From positions 1 to 64,000 of IMG/VR virus record IMGVR_UViG_3300007512_000009: a DNA stretch of 64,000 nt; one strand, written 5' to 3'. Position numbers and translations under genes: made by a program. Source of the DNA: a virus. Below, piece by piece: positions 7,439 to 16,442 of this stretch (positions are counted from its first letter, which is position 1; every line of letters begins with the position of its first letter). The notes beneath the pieces were generated by a model. That model was given only the letters and a program-made list of their open reading frames with translations. It made no database searches and was not told the origin of the DNA.

Positions 7439-9574
7439 ATGGATTCATCAGATTTTATTAAGCAGTATATCCTCAATGAAAAACGTGATAAAGGGATAGT
7501 TTTTACCTTTGGTAGATTCAGTCCACCTCATGTAGGTCATGAATTATTAATTAATAAAGTCTTAAAAGTTGCTAAGCAACATAAGTTTGAACATGGAATT
7601 TATGCGAGTAAATCCCATGACAAAACAAGAAACCCTTTAAAATACAAAGACAAAATAGCATTCATGAAAAAAGCATTCAAGAATGCTAATGTTATTAACG
7701 ACCCTAAATTAATAAATCCGTTTTTTGTTGCAAAAAAACTCAGCGACAACGGATACAAACATGTAATCTTAGTTGTTGGTGGTGATAGAGTAGATGAAAT
7801 GGATAAAAACATTAGACCATACATCAACCACTCAGACCCAAATAAATCTTTCAACTTCGAAACTTTCAAAGTGGTAAGTGCGGGTCGACGTGACCCAGAC
7901 TCAAGTGATGTATCTGGTATGTCTGCATCTAAAATGAGAGCAACGGCAGCCGATGGAGATTTTGAAACTTTCAAATCTGGTGTTCCATCTGGAATGTCTG
8001 ATAAAGATGCACAAAAAATGTATAATACCATAAGGAAAGAAATGGGTATAAGAGAAGAAATAGAATCATTTTTTGATAGCATAGAATTGTTAGGTATCTC
8101 AGAGGAGAAATTAGTAAATCTAGCAAGAGAAAGACTATCAGAAGATGCTTTAAACTACATGAACCTTAACGAACAATCAGAAGATTCAAAACCAACCTTG
8201 GTTGTACTTTCAAAATACAGTGATAAAGACGACCAGAGTAATACAATAGAAAAAGTGGAAAAATCTGCAGATGAAATGGGTATCGATTTTTATTCAATAT
8301 CAGTAGACGATGCTTATATTGTAGACGAAGACATGTCTGACAATGAATTGGTTATCCATAATTATGATGGTAAAAACAATAAAATAACTATCGATACTGA
8401 AAACACGGTATGTTGGCCACGTGGTGGTGTATTAACAAATTTTTCTGGTGTTGGTTTATTAAGTGTGTTACAAGATTCAGACATATTTTGTGTTAATAAA
8501 CTGAGCAATATGGAATTGGCTAGAAACAAATATGCTACTGCGATGCTCCTAGAGAGGGAACAAATCTCATCACCCAGAACAGCACTAGTTTCTAGTGAAG
8601 AAGCAATTGATATAGCATTGGAAAAAATAGGTGGTGAATTCCCTGTCGTATTAAAAACTCTAACTGGTGCTGAGGGTATTGGTGTTTCTATTGTAGAATC
8701 GTATGAATCACTGGTAAGTGTATTACAATCTTTATGGAAATTTGATGCTGAAGTGATTATGCAGGAATATTTTGAGATTGAACACGATATAAGAACAATT
8801 GTTCTAGACAATGATATTATTGCCAGCATAAAAAGAGTAAAAGGCAGTAAAGATTTTAGAACCAATAAATCATTGGGCAATGACACAGAGTTGTACGAAC
8901 TTTCTGAAAAAGAGAAGTCATTAATATTAAAAACAGCAAAAGCATCTGGTTGTTATCTTTGTGGTGTAGACCATATAACTGTCGGTGAAGATGACCACAA
9001 AATCTTAGAGGTCAATGGTTCGCCCGGCAGCGGTGCTGACAAATATACAATTTATTTTGGTGATGAAGAATCGGGTGACGGTAAAATGGTCATTGATTAT
9101 ATAGTTGAATATATCACTGATAAAGACAACTGGAAATATTCTTCTAGAGAAATCGGTATGATAGAGCAAGTTGAAATTGAAGGTATTGGTACTCTTAATG
9201 CTAGAGCAGACACTGGAAACACTGGTCTTAACTCATTACATGCTGAGGATATTACAGTTGAAGATGGAAACGTTACATTTACCACAGAATTCGGTAAAAG
9301 TATAACTCTACCTCTTGATGATACCTCTAAAATAAGAATAGACAATGACCTAGAAAAAAGACCTGTTGTATTGTTTAATATCAAAATGGGTAAGAAGTCC
9401 TATAAAGATGTGCCGTTTACACTAAACGATAGAGATGGTATGGACTACTCGGTATTGCTTGGTCAAGATTTCTTAAAAAGAGCAAATTTTTCTGTTAATG
9501 TCAAAAAGAAATATGAACTGTCAGAGGATGAAAAAAAGATTTTAAATATTAAATTTAACCTTCTTGAGGCATAA
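7439..9574 (+). CDS. Triple fusion: HxGH cytidylyl/nucleotidyltransferase + RimK-type ATP-grasp ligase + RimK-associated retropepsin-like protease
   Basis: GRFSPPHVGHELL and MSASKMR (nucleotidyltransferase); ARNKY, PVVLKTLTGAEGIGV, QEY, DIR, LEVNGSPG (ATP-grasp); ARADTG...RPVV...FTLNDR...VLLG (aspartic protease). Confidence 0.85.
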   Translation: MDSSDFIKQYILNEKRDKGIVFTFGRFSPPHVGHELLINKVLKVAKQHKFEHGIYASKSHDKTRNPLKYKDKIAFMKKAFKNANVINDPKLINPFFVAKKLSDNGYKHVILVVGGDRVDEMDKNIRPYINHSDPNKSFNFETFKVVSAGRRDPDSSDVSGMSASKMRATAADGDFETFKSGVPSGMSDKDAQKMYNTIRKEMGIREEIESFFDSIELLGISEEKLVNLARERLSEDALNYMNLNEQSEDSKPTLVVLSKYSDKDDQSNTIEKVEKSADEMGIDFYSISVDDAYIVDEDMSDNELVIHNYDGKNNKITIDTENTVCWPRGGVLTNFSGVGLLSVLQDSDIFCVNKLSNMELARNKYATAMLLEREQISSPRTALVSSEEAIDIALEKIGGEFPVVLKTLTGAEGIGVSIVESYESLVSVLQSLWKFDAEVIMQEYFEIEHDIRTIVLDNDIIASIKRVKGSKDFRTNKSLGNDTELYELSEKEKSLILKTAKASGCYLCGVDHITVGEDDHKILEVNGSPGSGADKYTIYFGDEESGDGKMVIDYIVEYITDKDNWKYSSREIGMIEQVEIEGIGTLNARADTGNTGLNSLHAEDITVEDGNVTFTTEFGKSITLPLDDTSKIRIDNDLEKRPVVLFNIKMGKKSYKDVPFTLNDRDGMDYSVLLGQDFLKRANFSVNVKKKYELSEDEKKILNIKFNLLEA

Positions 9575-9589
9575 ATATAAAGGTTAAAT

Positions 9590-9597
9590 TATAAATA
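9590..9597 (+). promoter_or_regulatory. T4-type late promoter TATAAATA
   Basis: Exact octamer upstream of 9622, followed by an AGAGGA RBS. Confidence 0.75.
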
Positions 9598-9621
9598 CAT
9601 GAAAAGAGGATTATCACTACC

Positions 9622-10131
9622 ATGAAAACATATAAACAACTAATTGAGTCTATAGTGTCCGCACTACCCAGAACGTATACTGGTCATGTTCAGGATGGTC
9701 CCACTAATTCTGACACAGATGGGAATTTTCAAGATATCGAAAACCCAGAAATTGCAGATAGAATTAATGCAGCCCTAGCACACCTAAATAGACTTCCCAC
9801 TTCTAATCCTAAACAAAGAATTTCAGAGATAAAAGTGGCACTCAGTCATGCGGGTGTAGACTTTGACCACACTAGTGTAGGTATTAATGAAGGTGAAATG
9901 TTTGAAGTGCCAGCAAAAAGATGGGGCGGAAGACTAGGAATGGACGAAGATGGGAACTGGATAGATGATGATGGATTTGGAAATAATCCTCATGTTATCC
10001 AATTCGAATGGACTAGAAATGACCACATGTGGCACCTTGATGCAACGATGAAACCTGCTGTGTTGGGTGAGCAGTGGGAGTATGACCCAATAGATGACGA
10101 AGGAGAACCCAATTGGGATTACTGGAATTAA
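9622..10131 (+). CDS. Hypothetical protein with capsid-targeting-like leader
   Basis: Leader MKTYKQLIE, close to T4 IPII/III MKTYQEFIAE. Confidence 0.75.
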   Translation: MKTYKQLIESIVSALPRTYTGHVQDGPTNSDTDGNFQDIENPEIADRINAALAHLNRLPTSNPKQRISEIKVALSHAGVDFDHTSVGINEGEMFEVPAKRWGGRLGMDEDGNWIDDDGFGNNPHVIQFEWTRNDHMWHLDATMKPAVLGEQWEYDPIDDEGEPNWDYWN

Positions 10132-10171
10132 ACCTAAAGGGTATATTATAAAGTGAATTTTTTTGATTATT

Positions 10172-10570
10172 ATGACAACAAAATTTGATAGATTGACTAA
10201 CAAAAACTATGTAATGTATGCAATGAAGCACTATAATAATCCTCAGTGCTTAGATATTGAAGAATTTTATAGTGATTTAAATAGAATAAAATACCTAAAG
10301 AGATTGTTTAGACGGTATTTGACATCGGGTGAGTTAAAAGAACGACTGGTTCTTAATCACTTAATCATCCTTTATAACGTATTCGGAATTGTGCCCACAA
10401 CTAGAATGTTATTCTATAGAATGGAGAAAGAATTCCATCCGATTTTAAAAACATGTATAGTTTACTTAAACATGTTACCAGAAGATAAAAATGCGGACAA
10501 AGTACATGAGGTAGATTTGTTAGTGATACCATTAGATAATAAAGTAATAAAGATATTAAGGGAAGTATAA
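10172..10570 (+). CDS. Conserved T4-like phage hypothetical protein
   Basis: YAMKHYNNPQC...DLNRIKYLKRL...LKERLVLNHLIILYNVFG, a pattern typical of T4-like phages. Confidence 0.8.
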   Translation: MTTKFDRLTNKNYVMYAMKHYNNPQCLDIEEFYSDLNRIKYLKRLFRRYLTSGELKERLVLNHLIILYNVFGIVPTTRMLFYRMEKEFHPILKTCIVYLNMLPEDKNADKVHEVDLLVIPLDNKVIKILREV

Positions 10571-10574
10571 CACA

Positions 10575-11150
10575 ATGGTAGCGATATTTGACACATTTGT
10601 TGCTTACAAATTCATTAAAATCTTGACTACACCGTGGGAAAAAACAGACGCATTTAAACTCGGATTGATTGACAAAAAGGGTAATCCTCTTGTTAAACGT
10701 TCTAAGTTGAAAACCGATAAACAAAAGAAAGCATACACCATCGTTCATGTTCTAGTTTGGAACATAAAAAGATTATTAGATAAAATACCAATGACCCGCA
10801 CAAAACTGGGTTCGTTTGCTACTGCACTATGGTTACTTAAAGACAAAAAAGTAATTAAAAAGAAAGATACAGTAGAGAGTGTCTTTCTTGAATATACTGG
10901 TTTAAAACTAAAAAAGAAAAACATTATGGAATCATATCTAGATGGTGATAACCAAATAAAGGCTGGTATTTACATGTCTAGAAACACACTTCCTGAATTA
11001 TATGACTTTATAGATAATAAGGATACTATCATAGTTGAGCAGGAAACCCCTGAGGGTGAAATGTTAGGTGTTTTTATTTTTTCAGGTATCCATAAGAAAA
11101 CAGGTAATAAGGTGGTATTTTCAAATGAAGACGTTCTCAGAATTAGTTGA
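10575..11150 (+). CDS. Conserved T4-like phage hypothetical protein
   Basis: AYKFIKILTTPWEKTDAFKLGLIDKKG N-terminal pattern. Confidence 0.75.
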   Translation: MVAIFDTFVAYKFIKILTTPWEKTDAFKLGLIDKKGNPLVKRSKLKTDKQKKAYTIVHVLVWNIKRLLDKIPMTRTKLGSFATALWLLKDKKVIKKKDTVESVFLEYTGLKLKKKNIMESYLDGDNQIKAGIYMSRNTLPELYDFIDNKDTIIVEQETPEGEMLGVFIFSGIHKKTGNKVVFSNEDVLRIS

Positions 11151-14100
11151 TAGTTTAAATGAAGATATAATATCCGAAGCAGTACCTGCTATGTCTTCTG
11201 GTAAGTCCGTAGCATCTTCTATGACCAATGCCACTGTTTCAAACCAAACGGCATACGCAGCCAAACCTATGGGTTGGAACAGATTAATAACAAGAGATGG
11301 TAGGGTAACTGCACCAACTACAAAGAAAGATTTTGTAAGAAACCTAATATCAATTATCGGTCAAGAAGAAGCAGAAAAATACCACAACGAATTTAAAGAA
11401 TATGTAGATTTGTTATGGGGTAAACGTGCTCAAGGTCATAGCGATTTGATGATTGACGTTGAAAAATCATTTGATAAATCAAACAGACCATACACTGAAT
11501 TTGAATTTACCACCACTGACGTTGAAAACATGAGGGATGGTCAAGGTGGTTATAGAGATGATGGTCAAGGTGGTTACGATGATGGTCGACAACCGACAAT
11601 GGATATCCAAGGTGGCGGTTACGATGGGCCTCTTATTGAACCACCAGATTGGACTGGGATATTTCCAACTACTGATGTATGTGCAAACCCGCCCTGTGGT
11701 CCACAGGATAGACCAATCCCACCACACAAACCATTTACAATAGGTCATGAAGGGGAAGTCGAAGATATACCACCACACACTGGGGCTTGTGAGTTCCCAC
11801 CTTGTTATGTAGACACTGGTGGTGACATCAACGTACAAACTCAAGACCCAAACCTAGGAATTGGGGATAGTGGAGAAGATGACCCTGACCCAATAGATAC
11901 CTCAAGTGTTGGTGGTGGTGACACAGTAATACCACCAACCATAGACGTTCAGACACAATCTGGAGATTCTAGTATAACACCAAGCGGTACTATTGACCCA
12001 ACAGACGATAATCTTTACATCGGTGGTGGTGATACCGACCCCGTCGACCCTGACGATGATTTTGAACTAAAAGGTAAAAAGAAAAAATGGTCAAATTATA
12101 ATGCATTTTTAAATGCTATGGGGTGGGATAAAAAATATGCAGTACAAGAAAAGTACACTTTAAATGATTTTCGTAGCAACAGTTTAAGTGAAGCAGAAAC
12201 GTTGCACTGGAATACCTTAGACGATGCTGAGAAAAAAGATTTCGCTAAACACGCTAAAATGAATGCTAATATTGTTTTGAAAAAGTCTTGGAAACAACTA
12301 AAATCTTCTGAGAAGAAAAAGTTAGCACAGATGATTAAGAAAACAACTGGTGGTGAGTTTGCTCTTGAAGAAGAACTCACACCTTCCCAAGCAAAGAAGA
12401 AAGAAGAAATCGTTCTTTCATTGAAGAAAAAGAAGAAAGAATTTCAAGAACGATATGGTAATGACTGGGAAAGTGTGATGCATGCGACTGCTACTAAGAT
12501 GGCAAAGAAAAATGAATCCATTAATGAAGACGACAATACCATAGGGATGGAACAATTAACTGCGTTGTTGGGTAGATGGGGTTCATCAGTTGTTCCAGGC
12601 ACGCCCCCTGATTACGACGGAGATGGCGTTGTGAACATGGCAGACATTTTGTGGCTTCTTGACCACTGGGGAGAAGATATTATAATTGGTTTCAATGGTG
12701 ATGACCAAGAAACACCACAGTTGGGTCTTGCACCATCTATTAAAAACAATGGTAACAAGGGTATATTGTCACGTGGTTTATTTGGTGAATCTATGTTGAG
12801 AGAAAGACCTACACCTCCCACACCTACCAAATATCCACAATCACCATATCCACCAAGACCACCTGACCCCATACTTCCAGGCGATGTTGTACCTGTGTCA
12901 CCAGATGGTGAACCATGGGACATCGAGGAAGCAATCGTTCGTGGTGATAGAAGCGGTGGAATGCCAACAGGTGCAGACCGTGGTAGTGATGAAAAACCAT
13001 TAATGAAGTGGTTGACTGAACTAGAAAGAGAACTAAAGAAAATGCGTTCTTCTTATGATAACGTAGATGCAGATGTTGCTATTTGGTTATATGGTAAGGG
13101 ACGTTCAGCAAAACAAACTGCAAAAGTCCTTGCTACCAGAAAAGAATCCGTTGAACTGGGTGAAGCAAAGATTTCCAGAAACCCTCAACTAAAAATCGGA
13201 CTCCATAAAGGAATCTCCGTTGGTAAGGGTAAAAAAGTCATCCTATCTAAAGGAATAAAGGGTAAAGGATGGACTCTAAATGCGGGTGACGAAGTAATTG
13301 CTTATCCGTATGATGGTGACAGGGTTGCAATACTCAATCCCAATAACGCTTGGGAGTTTGTAGCAAAACGACACATCAAAGGTGGATTTAGAGAATCCGC
13401 TAACGAAGCAGTAGATGAAGCAAAAGACAAACAAGGACATGTTACATTTGAGTTTAAATCACTTGCAGATTCATCAAAATTTGAAAAAGAGTTGAGAATT
13501 CTTAAACGAAAATTTAGTAAAATGTTCAATACCAAGTTATCTGGAAAAGAAGTGACCATACTTTTTGATAAAAGGTTTAGTACAAAAGATGAAGAATTCA
13601 GCACAAAAGATGTAGATATGGTTAGGGTTTTACAGCAAAAGCATAAAGGAAATCTATTAGATTGGTCTGGTAAAAACCCATTCGGTGTTGACACCAGACT
13701 ATTGAAAAAATCTGCATCAGACCTACGAAAAGAATCCGTAGATGCAACACGTTTTGTACGTGCACATGGTAAAACACCACGTGGTTCGGGAACTTGGTTC
13801 TTTACAATCCATCGAGGCGGTATTGAATTCGATAAGCATAAAGAAGGTAAAGATTATGTTAAAATCAAAGATACTTATTATACAGCCGCTGCCAAGAAAG
13901 CAGAAAAAATGCTTAAAAGTAAAAAACTATTTGTTGCTGAATCTGTAATTGTTAATGAAGAACTTGACCTAAGAGCATTTATTGAAAAAATCAAAAAAGC
14001 CTTTAAGATGAGGGATTTCGATAAAAGTGAACGAGCAAGAGCAAAAAGGATAAAAAAAGCAAACAGACAGTATAGTAAACTTTTAGGTCTACATGCTTCT

Positions 14101-14838
14101 TTTGACCCACTTGCTGAAGCAACCGTTTCTGAAGCACGAACGAAAGATGCTATCTTGGTTGTGCTCGATTCAATTGAAAAACTATCTAAGAAACACAAAT
14201 CAACCGTTGACAACATAGTTAAAGATACCAAACTTAAAAAAGATTTTGTGCAAGATGCAGTAGAATTTTGGTTGGACGATAAGAAAATCAAAAAGATGGG
14301 GTCTGGAAGGAATACCCATTACATGCCAGAATCTAACAGATATAGTCTTAGTGATTTTTTTGAATCAGTAGAAGAAGAAACTCCTGCTACAAACACAGCA
14401 GGTGTTGCTCATACTGGTGATGACCCAAGAGTTGGGATTAAAAAGAAAAAGAAGAAAAAGAAGAAAGGTGAATTATCCCCTAGAGGTATGACGATGATGA
14501 TGGATAATGCACAAGAAATTGGTGAATCCCTTGAACGTTCACTTCGTAGTTTAGCAACAAGTGATGAAACACCAAGATTTAGAAATGAATATTGTGGTCA
14601 TCCTGTTTTCAAGGTGAGCGAAGGTGAATTTGGTAAATGCAAAACTAGACGAGCAAAGGGTGAACGATGGAACAAATTCTTTGAGGATGATTCACCAAAT
14701 TATGGTGTTATTAGAAAATACTCAAGACGAAATCCAAATAAACCAATTGTTATTCAGAATGAACTAAATGGTGAAATGTCGATTTATCGTCGCAGAATGA
14801 ATGACCAACGACTAAAGCACAATAGAAGGATGAAATAA
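11125..14838 (+). CDS. Large mosaic putative head-internal polyprotein
   Basis: Start moved to ATG at 11125 (MKTFSELVDSLNE). Modules are separated by E-rich linkers. Contains a dockerin-like motif and a C-terminal GHPVFKV...RWNKF...IRKY...NPNKPIVIQNE..GEM domain of T4-like type. Confidence 0.8.
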   Translation: MKTFSELVDSLNEDIISEAVPAMSSGKSVASSMTNATVSNQTAYAAKPMGWNRLITRDGRVTAPTTKKDFVRNLISIIGQEEAEKYHNEFKEYVDLLWGKRAQGHSDLMIDVEKSFDKSNRPYTEFEFTTTDVENMRDGQGGYRDDGQGGYDDGRQPTMDIQGGGYDGPLIEPPDWTGIFPTTDVCANPPCGPQDRPIPPHKPFTIGHEGEVEDIPPHTGACEFPPCYVDTGGDINVQTQDPNLGIGDSGEDDPDPIDTSSVGGGDTVIPPTIDVQTQSGDSSITPSGTIDPTDDNLYIGGGDTDPVDPDDDFELKGKKKKWSNYNAFLNAMGWDKKYAVQEKYTLNDFRSNSLSEAETLHWNTLDDAEKKDFAKHAKMNANIVLKKSWKQLKSSEKKKLAQMIKKTTGGEFALEEELTPSQAKKKEEIVLSLKKKKKEFQERYGNDWESVMHATATKMAKKNESINEDDNTIGMEQLTALLGRWGSSVVPGTPPDYDGDGVVNMADILWLLDHWGEDIIIGFNGDDQETPQLGLAPSIKNNGNKGILSRGLFGESMLRERPTPPTPTKYPQSPYPPRPPDPILPGDVVPVSPDGEPWDIEEAIVRGDRSGGMPTGADRGSDEKPLMKWLTELERELKKMRSSYDNVDADVAIWLYGKGRSAKQTAKVLATRKESVELGEAKISRNPQLKIGLHKGISVGKGKKVILSKGIKGKGWTLNAGDEVIAYPYDGDRVAILNPNNAWEFVAKRHIKGGFRESANEAVDEAKDKQGHVTFEFKSLADSSKFEKELRILKRKFSKMFNTKLSGKEVTILFDKRFSTKDEEFSTKDVDMVRVLQQKHKGNLLDWSGKNPFGVDTRLLKKSASDLRKESVDATRFVRAHGKTPRGSGTWFFTIHRGGIEFDKHKEGKDYVKIKDTYYTAAAKKAEKMLKSKKLFVAESVIVNEELDLRAFIEKIKKAFKMRDFDKSERARAKRIKKANRQYSKLLGLHASFDPLAEATVSEARTKDAILVVLDSIEKLSKKHKSTVDNIVKDTKLKKDFVQDAVEFWLDDKKIKKMGSGRNTHYMPESNRYSLSDFFESVEEETPATNTAGVAHTGDDPRVGIKKKKKKKKKGELSPRGMTMMMDNAQEIGESLERSLRSLATSDETPRFRNEYCGHPVFKVSEGEFGKCKTRRAKGERWNKFFEDDSPNYGVIRKYSRRNPNKPIVIQNELNGEMSIYRRRMNDQRLKHNRRMK

Positions 14839-14839
14839 G

Positions 14840-15034
14840 ATGGGTATTTTTAAAGATAAATGGGCAGAGAACCTGATGAGGTCTAAAAAAGAACAAGCCA
14901 GTGAACCTTCGGAAGGTCTTGGTGATACAGTTAAGAAAATTACTAATGCTATGGGTATAAAACCTTGCGACGAGTGTGAGGAGAGAAGGAAAAGTCTTAA
15001 TAAGAAATTCCCATTTAAAAGGAAGAACAAATAA
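14840..15034 (+). CDS. Small CxxC protein
   Basis: GLGDTVKKITNAMGIKPCDECEERRKSLNKKFP. Confidence 0.7.
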   Translation: MGIFKDKWAENLMRSKKEQASEPSEGLGDTVKKITNAMGIKPCDECEERRKSLNKKFPFKRKNK

Positions 15035-15364
15035 GTGTCTTTACAAAACAAAATATATCTACAGAGAATACAACAAACCATTAAAGAACAATCCGCACAC
15101 GGCCATGAAGGACAATCTTGTGAGGAAGCACATCCAGACATGTCACATGAGGAGTGGGAAGCAACCCACGATGACCATGAAGGGTGTTCAACCTGTGGAG
15201 AATCCGTTATTACTGAAGAACAATTAACTGAAGCATTAATGGTTTTAAGTGAAGATAAAAAAGAAGTATGGAATCCATTTCCAGAGAGTTGGTGGAAACC
15301 TGAGCCTAAAGAAGAACCGACACTTGGTAGTCCAATGAAACCATTACATAAGTACAAAGTATGA
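15035..15364 (+). CDS. His/Cys-rich hypothetical protein with leader type 2
   Basis: GTG start. Leader MSLQNKIYLQRIQQTIKE, then HGHEGQSCEEAHP...CSTC. Confidence 0.7.
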   Translation: MSLQNKIYLQRIQQTIKEQSAHGHEGQSCEEAHPDMSHEEWEATHDDHEGCSTCGESVITEEQLTEALMVLSEDKKEVWNPFPESWWKPEPKEEPTLGSPMKPLHKYKV

Positions 15365-15657
15365 CTTTACAAAACAGACAATATTATAATAACATCCACG
15401 GTCTTAAAGAGGCTAGAGAGAAAACGCTTACTGTACTGTTTAAAACAGACGAGCAGATGATGGAACGGATATATGAAAGAGATTTGAAACGTGAGTTTAA
15501 GAAACTTTATAAGTCTACTAACTATGTAAAAAAGGGAAACTTCCGAGGTTTTGAGGTTGTATTCAAAGGTGAAGTAAAAGAACTAGTAAAAGTAACGAAA
15601 TACATTGAGAAATTGGACAGGAAAAATAAAATCTACGATAGCAAGGTGTTTTCATGA
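15361..15657 (+). CDS. Hypothetical protein with leader type 2 variant
   Basis: Leader MTLQNRQYYNNIHGLKE. ATGA overlaps on both sides. Confidence 0.7.
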   Translation: MTLQNRQYYNNIHGLKEAREKTLTVLFKTDEQMMERIYERDLKREFKKLYKSTNYVKKGNFRGFEVVFKGEVKELVKVTKYIEKLDRKNKIYDSKVFS

Positions 15658-15905
15658 AATCGTTTAAAGAATATCTAGAACTAAAAGAACATGACCCATG
15701 GAATTATCCAAACATTGACCACGACACATATCATGACTGGCTAAATTCATTGTCGTGGTGGGACAGACTTTTTGGAGTCCCTGGCCCTGAATACATGCCC
15801 AAAGGTTGGAGAAAACCAGTACCAGTACCACCAACACCATCAAAACCTGCCGACCCAATGAACCCTACAGACCCTTCAAACCCCATGCGTCGAGAAACAT
15901 ACTGA
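15654..15905 (+). CDS. Pro/Trp-rich peptide with capsid-targeting-like leader
   Basis: Leader MKSFKEYLE. Confidence 0.75.
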   Translation: MKSFKEYLELKEHDPWNYPNIDHDTYHDWLNSLSWWDRLFGVPGPEYMPKGWRKPVPVPPTPSKPADPMNPTDPSNPMRRETY

Positions 15906-15920
15906 GTAAGGAAAACAAAA

Positions 15921-16442
15921 ATGAAAAAAATAATCGCACTGACAATATTATTATTAGCAACAACCGCAGTTGCTCAGAATCTGGAGGTAAATCATGATGA
16001 AAAAACTAATAATGGTGTTCGCAACGTTGACAATGACAAGCGGATGCGAAATGTTCCAAGAGGTGACTGGAGAGGCGCCAGCGAACACATCGAGTACAGT
16101 CGTGGACAGCGTACGAGAGCAGAGAGAACAGACGGACGAAATAACGAACGCATCAGAGGTGATTGGAAACGACTTAAAGAAGATAGACGACCAAGCAAAT
16201 TCAATTTTGAACGACATCGCACTAGTTCCAGAGGACAGAAATTACAACATCGACCCGACTCTAGAGAGCATAGAGGATTCCGCAGAAACAATCAAGGAAA
16301 CCGTGGACAACTCTCAGAAAGAGCAAATAAGGATAGACGAATCTCTAGAGGATTTAGAGCAAGCAAACAATCGTGTTGCTGCCGCTGTGGGTCAGATAGA
16401 GGAACTAGAGGACCTAGTCACAGAGTACGAACAGTCCGATAG
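15921..16442 (+). CDS. Secreted Arg-rich protein overlapping the lipoprotein gene in another frame
   Basis: AAGGA RBS and signal peptide MKKIIALTILLLATTAVA. Frame stays open across a 449-nt overlap. Confidence 0.6.
   Translation: MKKIIALTILLLATTAVAQNLEVNHDEKTNNGVRNVDNDKRMRNVPRGDWRGASEHIEYSRGQRTRAERTDGRNNERIRGDWKRLKEDRRPSKFNFERHRTSSRGQKLQHRPDSREHRGFRRNNQGNRGQLSERANKDRRISRGFRASKQSCCCRCGSDRGTRGPSHRVRTVR

Noticed and set aside
11536-11583. 24-bp period repeat
   Set aside because: In-frame coding repeat (DGQGGY), two copies only, not an array.
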